Positions 8,873 to 19,607 of a stretch of 64,000 nt of DNA are shown here, in pieces. This DNA comes from Pseudomonadota bacterium. Lineage in GTDB: Bacteria; Pseudomonadota; Gammaproteobacteria; Burkholderiales; REEB80. Location of the stretch: positions 2,991 through 66,990 of the forward strand of contig JAGWIG010000011.1 in assembly GCA_028873515.1 (NCBI GenBank), in the 5' to 3' direction. The notes under the pieces were generated by a model. The model worked only from the letters and a program-made list of their open reading frames with translations, did no database searches and was not told the origin of the DNA. Every line of letters begins with the position of its first letter. Positions within the stretch are counted from its first letter, which is position 1. A program made the translations under genes and the position numbers.

Positions 8873-10618
8873 TTGTCGGGGAATAGTGTGGACCTATCCA
8901 GTCAGTTGATGTTAATGGTCTCGTTGCTGTTGTTCGTGAGCATTATTGCGAGCCGGGTTTCGTCACGTATTGGTGCTCCGATGCTACTGGTTTTTCTCAT
9001 TCTTGGTGTGCTTGCAGGTGTGGGAGGGCCAGGTGGAATCCATTTTTCCAGTATTCCTGTTGCCCATTTTATTGGCAGCCTTGCTCTTGGCATTATTCTT
9101 TTTGACGGTGGGCTTCGTACCCACATCCGAGATTTCCATGTTGGCCTGAAACCCGCTTTGAGCCTGTCGACTCTAGGAGTGCTGGTAACAACCGCCCTGA
9201 CCGGTCTTGCCGCAGTTTTCGCATTGCACCTGCAGATTATGCAGGGAATGCTGCTCGGTGCCATGGTTGCACCCACTGATGCTGCAGCTGTGTTTTCATT
9301 GCTGCACCAGAATAGGCTCGAATTGAAACAGCGTGTTGCTGCCACCCTTGAAATCGAATCCGGGAGCAATGATCCCATGGCAGTCTTTCTAGTGCTGGCT
9401 CTTATTGCATCGTTACAGCTTGGTCATCCCCCGACAGTTTTAATGATTGTGAAGGGTTTTTTTTGGCAGATGGGAATTGGTGCCCTGACAGGCCTTTTAG
9501 GAGGGCGCTTTCTACTGGCCCTGCTGAATCATATTGAGTTGCATTCTTCACTTTATCCACTTTTGGCATTATCAGGAGGGGTACTGATTTTTTCAGGTAC
9601 CACACTCATTAATGGGAGTGGGTTTTTAGCCATCTATCTTGCCGGATTGGTGCTTGGAAATCACCCTCTGAAGGCCCAAAACAATATTCTTCGGATGCAT
9701 GACGGGTTTGCTTGGCTTTCCCAGATTATCCTTTTTATCATGCTGGGATTGCTGGTTCAGCCAAGCGCACTGGTGCCGATTGCTCCTGGGGCGTTGCTTG
9801 TTTCATTTGTGCTTATTTTTGTGGCTCGCCCACTTGCTGTTTTTTTATGTTTGCTCCCCTTTCGTTTCCCTTTTCGGGAACAGGCTTTCATTAGTTGGGT
9901 AGGGCTTAGGGGCGCGGTTCCGATTGTGCTTGCAACCTTCCCAATGCTAGCTGGTTTAGATCGTGCCGAACTTTATTTCAATGTTGCTTTTTTTGTGGTT
10001 CTGGTATCGCTAGTATTGCAGGGCTGGACTACGGCCTACGCTGCCAGGCAATTGCATGTCGAGGTTCCCCCTCAGCCAAAACCTGAGCATATTATTGATA
10101 TTGGCATATCCCAGGTAGAGGGTTTTGAAATGGTAGGGTATGCGCTGAAGTTGGATTCTCTTGCTGTTAATCAGAATGTTCAGCATCTGCCCCTACCTGG
10201 AGATACCCGGGTTATATTTATCATACGTGAACAGCACATTTGCATGCTAAAGGAAATAGACAGCCTTGCTGTAGGAGATTATGTCCTGTTGCTGAGCCGT
10301 CCAGAACATCTGGCTGCATTGAACAGGCTTTTTGCGGTGAGTGATGCCCCTCCCCGACTTGAAGAACATGAATTTTTTGGAGATTTTGTGTTAAATGGAG
10401 AGGCGAAACTAGGAGATGTTGGACTTTTGTATGGTTTCAGGGTAGTCAAGGATGATGAGAACATGACCCTTGCAAAATATATTTCCCGGTCTTTCAAGGG
10501 ACGGGCTGTTGTAGGCGATTCCATATTTTTGCGTCAAGTCGAACTGATTGTCCGGGAAATGGCGAATTCTATGCCAACCAAAATCGGCGTTAAGATTCGT
10601 CATGATGAAGAAATTTGA
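8873..10618 (+). CDS. K+/H+ antiporter, CPA1 family (NhaP2/CvrA-like) with C-terminal TrkA-C domain
   Basis: About 12 TM segments resembling NhaP2 (…LGVLAGVGGPGGI…ILFDGGLRT…) plus a soluble C-terminal domain. The true start may be the GTG at 8888. Confidence 0.88.
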   Translation: MSGNSVDLSSQLMLMVSLLLFVSIIASRVSSRIGAPMLLVFLILGVLAGVGGPGGIHFSSIPVAHFIGSLALGIILFDGGLRTHIRDFHVGLKPALSLSTLGVLVTTALTGLAAVFALHLQIMQGMLLGAMVAPTDAAAVFSLLHQNRLELKQRVAATLEIESGSNDPMAVFLVLALIASLQLGHPPTVLMIVKGFFWQMGIGALTGLLGGRFLLALLNHIELHSSLYPLLALSGGVLIFSGTTLINGSGFLAIYLAGLVLGNHPLKAQNNILRMHDGFAWLSQIILFIMLGLLVQPSALVPIAPGALLVSFVLIFVARPLAVFLCLLPFRFPFREQAFISWVGLRGAVPIVLATFPMLAGLDRAELYFNVAFFVVLVSLVLQGWTTAYAARQLHVEVPPQPKPEHIIDIGISQVEGFEMVGYALKLDSLAVNQNVQHLPLPGDTRVIFIIREQHICMLKEIDSLAVGDYVLLLSRPEHLAALNRLFAVSDAPPRLEEHEFFGDFVLNGEAKLGDVGLLYGFRVVKDDENMTLAKYISRSFKGRAVVGDSIFLRQVELIVREMANSMPTKIGVKIRHDEEI

Positions 10619-10674
10619 ACGTTGGGCGATTTGTGCAAATAGGTGGCCCTATCTGAAGAACAGCCAAGGCGAGA

Positions 10675-11175
10675 TTAAAAGCTGTAAGAATAAACTCCCA
10701 TGAGAGTTTCAGTGCCAGGATTGTGGGAATATAGATGTGCATTGGAAATATGACGTAACGAAACACCAATTTCATCATGATCTGGTAGTTTGTACATGAG
10801 ATTGATTCCACTCTGGAATTCAAATGGCCCACCAAGGTAGCGCCCGTTACCCTGACGGTAGAGGCCGACTGATACCGAGGGCGAAATGATGAAATGGGAT
10901 CCAATGGCGAAGTCATGATAAACCCCGGCATAAATAAAGCCGGCAGCCTTGGCATCTCCCCAAACACCGCCCATTGGCTGTAGCCAATCATATTCCAAGC
11001 TACTTCGATACTCTAGCTGCAGAGCTAGGGGGCGGGGTGCGTCTCGAAAAATATTGCTGGTACCTGCCTCAATGAGCAGAGATGGGCGACCGGCTGCAAA
11101 AACCGGGCTGGATAAAAAGAAGAAAAAAGAAAGCCAAATATATAGCAGTCGTTTAAGTCGCATTATTTTGTCCAA
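10675..11175 (-). CDS. acyloxyacyl hydrolase / lipid A 3-O-deacylase (PagL family) outer-membrane protein
   Basis: Signal peptide, a small beta-barrel-like sequence ending in Phe, and the family motif HISNA...NPGTE (His/Ser catalytic region). Confidence 0.7.
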   Translation of the reverse strand: MDKIMRLKRLLYIWLSFFFFLSSPVFAAGRPSLLIEAGTSNIFRDAPRPLALQLEYRSSLEYDWLQPMGGVWGDAKAAGFIYAGVYHDFAIGSHFIISPSVSVGLYRQGNGRYLGGPFEFQSGINLMYKLPDHDEIGVSLRHISNAHLYSHNPGTETLMGVYSYSF

Positions 11176-11328
11176 TTTTTTTCATCATGCAGCTTAGCAT
11201 CCGGAGGGAAAGGTTTTCAGCCGTTTGCGTTCATGGCCGCTTATCGGGTTAGAGCCATGGTTTTCATGTTGGACAAAACGGTTTGACTATCCATAAGGTC
11301 TGCTGTAGACAACCATATCCTGAATTTA

Positions 11329-11404
<76 letters not shown>

Positions 11405-11500
11405 AAATTCCTGGAGTCAAATTTCTAAAGCCCAACAAGAAGCGTGATTATAGCCGCTTCAGCCTTGTTTTGAAAGACCGGTTAAAAACTTCAATTTTGG

Positions 11501-11629
11501 TCACTTTGCTGAATTGGAGATGGTCGTGCCCAATTGCTGCATGTCTTTGCCAAAACCGGCAATGGTATTACTACAACCTGTTAGTGCAATAGCAAGAATC
11601 AGGAGGCTGAGAAAGCGAATGATAGACAT
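11501..11629 (-). CDS. entericidin A/B family small lipoprotein (42 aa)
   Basis: Hand translation: MSIIRFLSLLILAIALTGCSNTIAGFGKDMQQLGTTISNSAK. It has a lipobox LTGC and the entericidin-type G-x-G-K-D core. It falls below the 60-aa cutoff of the ORF track. Confidence 0.7.
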   Translation of the reverse strand: MSIIRFLSLLILAIALTGCSNTIAGFGKDMQQLGTTISNSAK

Positions 11630-11674
11630 GTTTTTATCCTTGGGAAATGGCGAAATTATGCCTGTTCCCAAGAA

Positions 11675-11705
11675 TAAAAAAAACCCCGCAAAAAGCGGGG
11701 TTTTT
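11675..11705. terminator. bidirectional rho-independent terminator downstream of groEL
   Basis: A9-CCCCGC-AAAAA-GCGGGG-T5: a GC-rich hairpin flanked by an A-run and a T-run. On the minus strand it lies 18 nt after the groEL stop and is followed by a 9-U tract. Confidence 0.85.
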
Positions 11706-11722
11706 AATTTACGGCAAACTGA

Positions 11723-13360
<1,638 letters not shown>

Positions 13361-13384
13361 CTATCTCCTCTCTGTAATTCCTGT

Positions 13385-13675
13385 TCAGGCTTCTACGACG
13401 CCCATGATGTCTTCTTCACGCATAACGAGTAGCTCTTCTCCGCTAACCTTGACCGTTTGGCCAGAGTATTTGCCGAAGAGTACCCGGTCACCGACTTTTA
13501 CATCGAGTTTGCGTACTTGTCCGTTGTCAAGGATACGGCCATTGCCAACAGCAATGATTTCACCCTGATCGGGCTTTTCTGCTGCGGTATCCGGGATGAC
13601 AATGCCCGAAGCGGTCTTGCGTTCCTCTTCGAGCCGTTTGACAATAACACGGTCATGCAAAGGGCGGATTTTCAT
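13385..13675 (-). CDS. groES: co-chaperonin GroES
   Basis: 96 aa, [14 protein letters not shown]..., immediately upstream of groEL. Confidence 0.98.
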   Translation of the reverse strand: MKIRPLHDRVIVKRLEEERKTASGIVIPDTAAEKPDQGEIIAVGNGRILDNGQVRKLDVKVGDRVLFGKYSGQTVKVSGEELLVMREEDIMGVVEA

Positions 13676-13815
13676 TCTCCAAGTCTCCTGATCTAGTATT
13701 GCGATTGAGTTGGTACGAAATCGGGCCTGGCTTTGGCTAACATGCTAGGATCCGAAAAAGGTACCTATGGCGCTCTCTCTTTTAGTTAAGGGATAACCCC
13801 ATGTTTTTTTGCATG

Positions 13816-13842
13816 TTGGCACTCATCGCCAGCGAGTGCTAA
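13816..13842. promoter_or_regulatory. CIRCE operator (HrcA binding site) in the groES leader
   Basis: TTGGCACTC-N9-GAGTGCTAA matches the CIRCE consensus TTAGCACTC-N9-GAGTGCTAA at 17/18 positions. It lies 140 nt upstream of the groES ATG. Confidence 0.8.
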
Positions 13843-13876
13843 TAATAAGGTTTTATGAATTAAATTTCAAGAGGGG
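13843..13876 (-). promoter_or_regulatory. candidate sigma-32-type (or sigma-70) promoter of groESL, directly upstream of CIRCE
   Basis: The minus strand reads CCCCTCTTGAAA-N14-CCTTATTA, compared with the sigma-32 consensus CCCTTGAA-N13-17-CCCCATNT. The -10 match is only partial. Confidence 0.35.
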
Positions 13877-13882
13877 ATTTGT

Positions 13883-15196
13883 TTGAATCGAAATAATCTT
13901 TCATATATTACCCGGAGCAACAAAGCCGTCTGGCATCCCTGTACCCAGATGAAAAGCCATGAGACTGTGCCCCCTATACCTATAGCGCGCGGAGAAGGGG
14001 TATGGCTTTACGATTTTGAAGGCCGGCGTTATCTGGATGCGATCAGTTCCTGGTGGGTCAATTTGTTTGGGCACTGTCACCCCGAGATTAATGCTGCAGT
14101 AGTCAGGCAGCTTAATAAACTTGAACATGCCATGCTTTCCGGATTGACTCATGAACCAGTTATTCTCCTTTCGGAGCGCCTTTCAGAAAAAACAGGAGGG
14201 AAACTGGGCCATTGTTTCTATGGTAGCGATGGCTCCAGCGCGACCGAAATCGCCTTGAAAATGAGCGTCCATTACTGGCAGAACCGGGGAAAACCAGGAA
14301 AAACACATTTTTTAAGCCTGGAGGAAAGCTATCATGGAGAAACCATTGGGGCATTGTCAGTTACGGATGTGAATCTGTTCCGGGAGGCTTATGGTTCAAT
14401 GATGAAAACAAACCTTACGGTTCCGGCACCAGATGCAAGGCGGGCAAAACAGGATGAAACAGACGTGGAAGTGGCAGAAACTGCAGCCAAGGCCCTTGAG
14501 GCAACGTTAGAGGAGCATCATGATATATTGGCTGCATTGATAGTTGAGCCGCTGGTACAGGGTGCGGCCGGAATGGTTATGTATTCTCCCCATTATCTTG
14601 CCCGGGCAAAGGCTTTGTGTACAAGTTACGATGTTCATTTTATTGCTGATGAGATTGCTGTTGGCTTTGGTCGTACGGGAACTTTTCTGGCATGTGAACA
14701 GGCAAGAGTAATTCCTGATTTATTATGCCTGTCTAAAGGGATTACAGGGGGGTATCTGCCCCTTTCGGTTGTTCTTTCCAGCGATGAAATTTATGCCGCA
14801 TTTTATGATAATCGGATAGGCAGGGGTTTTTTGCATTCTCACTCCTATACTGGCAATGCGCTGGCTTGTGCGGCTGCCAATGCGGTGCTGGATCTTTTCG
14901 AGCAGGATAATGTCCTGGAAAAAAATAAAGCCAGGACAGTGAGGATGAATGAATTGTGCAGGCCAGTCAGGAACCATCCAGGCGTCAGGCATTTTCGCAA
15001 TACCGGAATGATCTGGGCTTTTGAGGTACAAAGCGATCGCCCTGATTTTTCGAACTGGTTTCATCTTGAAGCGAGGCAGCGTGAGCTTCTGCTTCGTCCT
15101 ATTGGTCATAGCGTTTATTTTATGCCCCCCTATATTCTGGAGGAACAGCACATGAACCATCTAGTGAATGGGATTATGGAGATTCTTTCATCTTGA
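13883..15196 (+). CDS. bioA: adenosylmethionine-8-amino-7-oxononanoate aminotransferase
   Basis: 437 aa class III aminotransferase with the PLP-lysine region LCLSKGITGGYLPL and BioA-like N-terminus HPCTQMK. TTG start with SD GAGGGGA. Confidence 0.93.
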   Translation: MNRNNLSYITRSNKAVWHPCTQMKSHETVPPIPIARGEGVWLYDFEGRRYLDAISSWWVNLFGHCHPEINAAVVRQLNKLEHAMLSGLTHEPVILLSERLSEKTGGKLGHCFYGSDGSSATEIALKMSVHYWQNRGKPGKTHFLSLEESYHGETIGALSVTDVNLFREAYGSMMKTNLTVPAPDARRAKQDETDVEVAETAAKALEATLEEHHDILAALIVEPLVQGAAGMVMYSPHYLARAKALCTSYDVHFIADEIAVGFGRTGTFLACEQARVIPDLLCLSKGITGGYLPLSVVLSSDEIYAAFYDNRIGRGFLHSHSYTGNALACAAANAVLDLFEQDNVLEKNKARTVRMNELCRPVRNHPGVRHFRNTGMIWAFEVQSDRPDFSNWFHLEARQRELLLRPIGHSVYFMPPYILEEQHMNHLVNGIMEILSS

Positions 15197-16662
15197 ATCG
15201 ATTTTTATCGGGCTGTCTTGTCCTGTTCATCTGTGTCTGTGCCATTCCAGCTTTGGCTGCAGACGAGAGCCATTTACCTGCATTCCTGAAGCTAAGACTC
15301 GACTCCCTTAACGTCTCCCCCCAAGATGTTCATATTTTTGTCAAGGGGGTGGATGCAGATCACGCACTCTTGAGTGATGGGGCATCTGAAGCTGTTTCTC
15401 CGGCATCGACCATGAAGCTGGTTACGACTTATGCTGCATTGCAGTTGCTGGGACCGGCTGATGTTTTCCATACAGGGGTTTATGTACGTGGCACAGTTAA
15501 GGATGGGGTACTTCATGGAGATCTGGTTTTTCGGGGTGGTGGTGACCCCGATCTTACCCTGGAAAGGTTTTGGCTGATGCTGAGGGCAATCAGGCGTGCA
15601 GGGATTCGCACTATCCTGGGTAACCTCATTTTGGACGACAGCTATTACAGTTTGCCAGCTTATGATCCTGGTGCATTCGATGGCTATCCTTATGAGGTTT
15701 ATAATACCGGGCCTAATGCATTGCTGGTGAATTTTGACGCGAGCAGGTTTTATCTTGAGCCGTCAGATCAAGGCGTAAAGATTACGGTTGATCCTCCGAT
15801 GAGCCTGATTCAGGTCGTTAATCAGATAAAACTGGTAGGGGGTAATTGTAATGATTATGGCAATAATCTCGACATCAAGGTGTTAGCGGTTCATCCAGGG
15901 GTCAGAGTTAGGCTTGAGGGTCCCTATGCAGTCCAGTGTGGGAAACAGGTGGTCAATTACAGGATCTTGGACAACACCAGCTATGTTGGCGCCTTGTTTA
16001 GTTCAATCTGGGCCGAGCTTGGTGGAAAATTTTTAGGCCATGTTCAAAAGGGAACAGTCAGTGCAGAAGACGAAAGGATCCTGGACTGGAAATCCCGTCC
16101 CCTTGCTGCGATTGTCCGGGATATGAACAAGTTTAGTAATAATGTCATGGCACGTAATCTTTTTCTGGATCTCTCAACCACTAATCCGGCAGATTTGGCC
16201 AGTGCCCGCAAAGTAGTCAGGGGTTTTCTGGTGGGATCAGGCCTGGATTTTCCAGAGCTGGTGATTGTTAATGGCTCCGGTCTTTCACGCAGGGCGCGTA
16301 TCAGCGCCGAACATCTTGGCGAACTGCTTGAATCAGCCTGGCATAGTCCGGTTATGCCTGAATTTGTTGCATCCTTACCCCTGCTTGGACGTGATGGCAC
16401 ACTGCGTAAACGTTTAAGAAACGGACCTGAAGCAGGTATGGGTCATATCAAAACCGGAACCTTGGATGATACAGATGCCATTGCTGGCTATCTTGAAGAT
16501 GCCAGGGGGGGGCGATGGATAGTGGTTTGTATTGTAGACAATACCTCCGAAGCCAAGGCAAAAGTAATTGAGGACGCACTGTTGAAGTGGGTTTATAGGC
16601 CACCCCTGAAGTCGGTAATTCAGTCCAGATCCAATGAAGGCCACAGGGCATCTATTCTTTGA
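15193..16662 (+). CDS. dacB: D-alanyl-D-alanine carboxypeptidase/endopeptidase (PBP4, S13 family)
   Basis: Signal peptide, SxxK (PASTMK), SxN (FSNNV) and KTG (HIKTGTL) motifs; 489 aa. Confidence 0.9.
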   Translation: MNRFLSGCLVLFICVCAIPALAADESHLPAFLKLRLDSLNVSPQDVHIFVKGVDADHALLSDGASEAVSPASTMKLVTTYAALQLLGPADVFHTGVYVRGTVKDGVLHGDLVFRGGGDPDLTLERFWLMLRAIRRAGIRTILGNLILDDSYYSLPAYDPGAFDGYPYEVYNTGPNALLVNFDASRFYLEPSDQGVKITVDPPMSLIQVVNQIKLVGGNCNDYGNNLDIKVLAVHPGVRVRLEGPYAVQCGKQVVNYRILDNTSYVGALFSSIWAELGGKFLGHVQKGTVSAEDERILDWKSRPLAAIVRDMNKFSNNVMARNLFLDLSTTNPADLASARKVVRGFLVGSGLDFPELVIVNGSGLSRRARISAEHLGELLESAWHSPVMPEFVASLPLLGRDGTLRKRLRNGPEAGMGHIKTGTLDDTDAIAGYLEDARGGRWIVVCIVDNTSEAKAKVIEDALLKWVYRPPLKSVIQSRSNEGHRASIL

Positions 16663-18086
16663 CGGGTCACGTCATCCATCAGTATGGGTCGACCCCATTC
16701 ACGGCTTGTTTCACTTTTCCATTTGCTTGTCGCATCCATGCCCATTTTTGATCCGAGACCGGAGACTGGTGAAGCAAAATCCAGATAATCAATGGGGGTG
16801 TTATTGACAAGCAGTGTATCTCTGGAGGGATCGACACGTGTAGTCAAAGCCCAGATGACATCTTTCCAGTCACGGATATTGATATCATCATCTGTGACGA
16901 TAATGAATTTGGTATACATGAACTGGCGTAGAAACGACCACACCCCAAACATAACCCTTTTTGCATGTCCAGGGTACTGTTTTTTGATGGAGACAACTGC
17001 CAGACGGTAAGAACAGCCTTCAGGAGGAAGATAAAAGTCCTTGATCTCAGGAAATTGTTTCTTGAGCAGTGGGACAAACACCTCATTGAGCGCTGTACCT
17101 AGCACGGCAGGTTCATCGGGTGGTTTGCCTGTATACGTGCTATGGTAGATGGGATTTTTTCTCATTGTCATACGGGTAATCGTGAATACAGGAAAGTATT
17201 CCTGTTCATTATAGTAGCCTGTGTGATCCCCGAATGGGCCTTCAAGGGCCGTCTCATTGGGATCGATATATCCTTCAAGTACTATTTCAGCTGAGGCAGG
17301 TACTTCCAGGTCATTGGAAGTACATTGAACAATCTCGGTTTTCCCTCCGCGTAATAATCCTGCGAACTGATATTCAGACAACGTGTCAGGTACCGGGGTC
17401 ACTGCTCCAAGTATGGTAGCCGGATCAGCCCCAAGGGCCACGGCAAGAGGAAATCGTTCGTTTGGATGTTCAGACTTGAAATCCTGGAAATCCAGTGCCC
17501 CGCCACGATGGGCAAGCCAGCGCATGATTACTTTGTTGGGTCCGATAACCTGTTGCCTGTAAATGCCCAGGTTTTGACGCGGCTTTCCGGGCCCACGCGT
17601 AATGACAAGACCCCAGGTAATAAGCGGAGCCGCATCACCTGGCCAGCAGGTTTGCACGGGAAGCCGTAAAATATTGACCTCATCACCTTCCCAGATAATA
17701 TCGTGGCATGGCGCATTTGAAACCCGTTTTGGAGCCATGTTAAGAACCTGTTTGAGAACAGGCCATTTATCCCATGCATCCTTGAGCCCTTTAGGGGGAT
17801 CAGGTTCTTTAAGATAGGCCAGAAGTTTACCTATTTCTTCGAGGGCGCTGACAGATTCCTCTCCCATACCAAGCGCAACTCGTTCCGGTGTACCGAAAAG
17901 ATTGGTTAGGACAGGCATTTCTGCCCCGGCAGGTTGGGTAAAGAGCAGGGCCGGACCACCTTTGCGAAGGACCCGATCAGAGATTTCTGTCATTTCCAGA
18001 TAAGGAGAGACTGGGGTATTAATCCGGTGTAATTTATTTTTTGATTCCAGTAACTGGATAAAATCTCGAAGATCCTTGTATTTCAT
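16620..18086 (-). CDS. ubiD: 4-hydroxy-3-polyprenylbenzoate decarboxylase
   Basis: 488 aa with full-length UbiD-like sequence ([14 protein letters not shown]...). It is adjacent to ubiA and ubiC. Confidence 0.95.
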   Translation of the reverse strand: MKYKDLRDFIQLLESKNKLHRINTPVSPYLEMTEISDRVLRKGGPALLFTQPAGAEMPVLTNLFGTPERVALGMGEESVSALEEIGKLLAYLKEPDPPKGLKDAWDKWPVLKQVLNMAPKRVSNAPCHDIIWEGDEVNILRLPVQTCWPGDAAPLITWGLVITRGPGKPRQNLGIYRQQVIGPNKVIMRWLAHRGGALDFQDFKSEHPNERFPLAVALGADPATILGAVTPVPDTLSEYQFAGLLRGGKTEIVQCTSNDLEVPASAEIVLEGYIDPNETALEGPFGDHTGYYNEQEYFPVFTITRMTMRKNPIYHSTYTGKPPDEPAVLGTALNEVFVPLLKKQFPEIKDFYLPPEGCSYRLAVVSIKKQYPGHAKRVMFGVWSFLRQFMYTKFIIVTDDDINIRDWKDVIWALTTRVDPSRDTLLVNNTPIDYLDFASPVSGLGSKMGMDATSKWKSETSREWGRPILMDDVTRQRIDALWPSLDLD

Positions 18087-18089
18087 GGT

Positions 18090-18959
18090 TTAGCCCTTTA
18101 AGGGAAAGGTGTATTCCAGGAGGATTCCTGCAAAAATGGTGGCGCCTACCCAGTTATTGTGCAAAAAAGCCTTGAAGCACTTTATTCGATCGCGATCCCG
18201 AATCAGTAGGTATTGATAGCCGTCGAGGATCAGGACAAGGAGCAGGGCCATGTAGAAGAAAAGATGAAAATTGAGTACAACCGAGACGATGTAAAGGATA
18301 GTAATGAATGCTGCCTGGCAGAGCATGATTGCAGCAACATCATGTTGCCCGAACAGTAGCGCAGAGGATCGAATGCCAAGATGGATATCATCGTCACGGT
18401 CTACCATTGCATATTCGGTATCATAGGCAATGGCCCAGAAGACATTGCCCAGAAGCAAGACCCAGGCCAAAGATGGGAGATGACCTGTTTCCGCGGCAAA
18501 GGCCATAGGGATTCCAAAGCCGAAGGCAATACCAAGATAAGCTTGGGGAATGGCAAAGAATCGTTTGGTATAGGGGTAGGATGCAGCAAGAAAAATCGCA
18601 GGCAATGATAAAAGCACAGTCAGGTGATTGAGCGGTAATATGATTAAAAGACTCAAGAGACATAATACCAATGTCAGAATCAGAGCCTCAAGCTTGCTGA
18701 CTTCCCCGGTTGCAAGGGGTCGATTCCGGGTGCGTTTGACATGGGGATCAAAATGGCGGTCGGCGTAATCATTCATGATGCATCCTGCAGAACGCATAAG
18801 CAGGGTGCCGGTAATGAAAATAAGCGTGATGACTGGATCGGGATGTCCGTTGGAGGCTATCCACAAAGCCCACAGTGTTGGCCAAAGCAGCAATAAGGTG
18901 CCGATTGGCCGGTTAAGACGTGTCAGGTGAATATACTTTCTTAGGCGATCGAGGATCAT
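18090..18959 (-). CDS. ubiA: 4-hydroxybenzoate polyprenyltransferase
   Basis: Multi-TM protein with the UbiA motif NDYADRHFD and a second Asp-rich motif (YDTEYAMVDRDDD). Confidence 0.95.
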   Translation of the reverse strand: MILDRLRKYIHLTRLNRPIGTLLLLWPTLWALWIASNGHPDPVITLIFITGTLLMRSAGCIMNDYADRHFDPHVKRTRNRPLATGEVSKLEALILTLVLCLLSLLIILPLNHLTVLLSLPAIFLAASYPYTKRFFAIPQAYLGIAFGFGIPMAFAAETGHLPSLAWVLLLGNVFWAIAYDTEYAMVDRDDDIHLGIRSSALLFGQHDVAAIMLCQAAFITILYIVSVVLNFHLFFYMALLLVLILDGYQYLLIRDRDRIKCFKAFLHNNWVGATIFAGILLEYTFPLKG

Positions 18960-19507
18960 GGGGTAAGTTTAAGAATGGCCGGTAAAAATACATCGGTTAC
19001 CAGCAAGGGCTGGTTGTTCAGGCTGAAGATGGATGCACGGGCATATAAAGGATCCACAAAATTCAGGTTTTTTGGATAGAGGGGATGACTAGGCAGGATC
19101 CTGAAAATCTGAATGGCTTTTCTCCCTGCATTTTTATTGGTGAAAAGGGTGTCTCCAAGGGGACGCTCACCTAAGGTGCGTATGGGCCCATAACGCCGGG
19201 CAAGGGAGAGTGGGAGGATACTGCGGGCGTAGACGACCGGTAAGCCGTCTGCCATTAGCAAGACTTCCCGGACTTGAGATAATTCAGGCGTTGATGAACC
19301 AAGAAGCTTGATTTCAAAAGTCAGTAGCCTGCCGATACCCTGATGTAGAAGTTGAACAGAAAAAAGGTTGCACCGGTTTCGGATTTTATGCGTCAGGGAT
19401 CCTGGATCCATGGCCCATGAACGATAGGCCTCTAACGAGAGCAGTGTTGAGCCGGGTAGGAGACGGGGTCGCATCAGCCTAATCCTTTGGGTTCTGCAGA
19501 ATGGCAT
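18956..19507 (-). CDS. ubiC: chorismate--pyruvate lyase
   Basis: About 180 aa directly upstream of ubiA and overlapping it by 4 nt. UbiC-like segments include REVLLMADGLPVVYARSILP and LGERPLGDTLF. The start is uncertain. Confidence 0.75.
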   Translation of the reverse strand: MPFCRTQRIRLMRPRLLPGSTLLSLEAYRSWAMDPGSLTHKIRNRCNLFSVQLLHQGIGRLLTFEIKLLGSSTPELSQVREVLLMADGLPVVYARSILPLSLARRYGPIRTLGERPLGDTLFTNKNAGRKAIQIFRILPSHPLYPKNLNFVDPLYARASIFSLNNQPLLVTDVFLPAILKLTP

Positions 19508-19607
19508 ATAAATTTTTCTGGGGAAGCTTGTTCCGGAAAATGGGTCTGGATCAGGAATTTTAACTCATCATTCACGCTTAGTTTGATCCTGTAATATTGC
19601 CTGATTC

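Noticed and set aside
13817-13833. TGGCAC resembling the -24 element of a sigma-54 promoter
   Set aside because: It is the left arm of the CIRCE inverted repeat, and there is no TTGC -12 element at the required 5-nt spacing.
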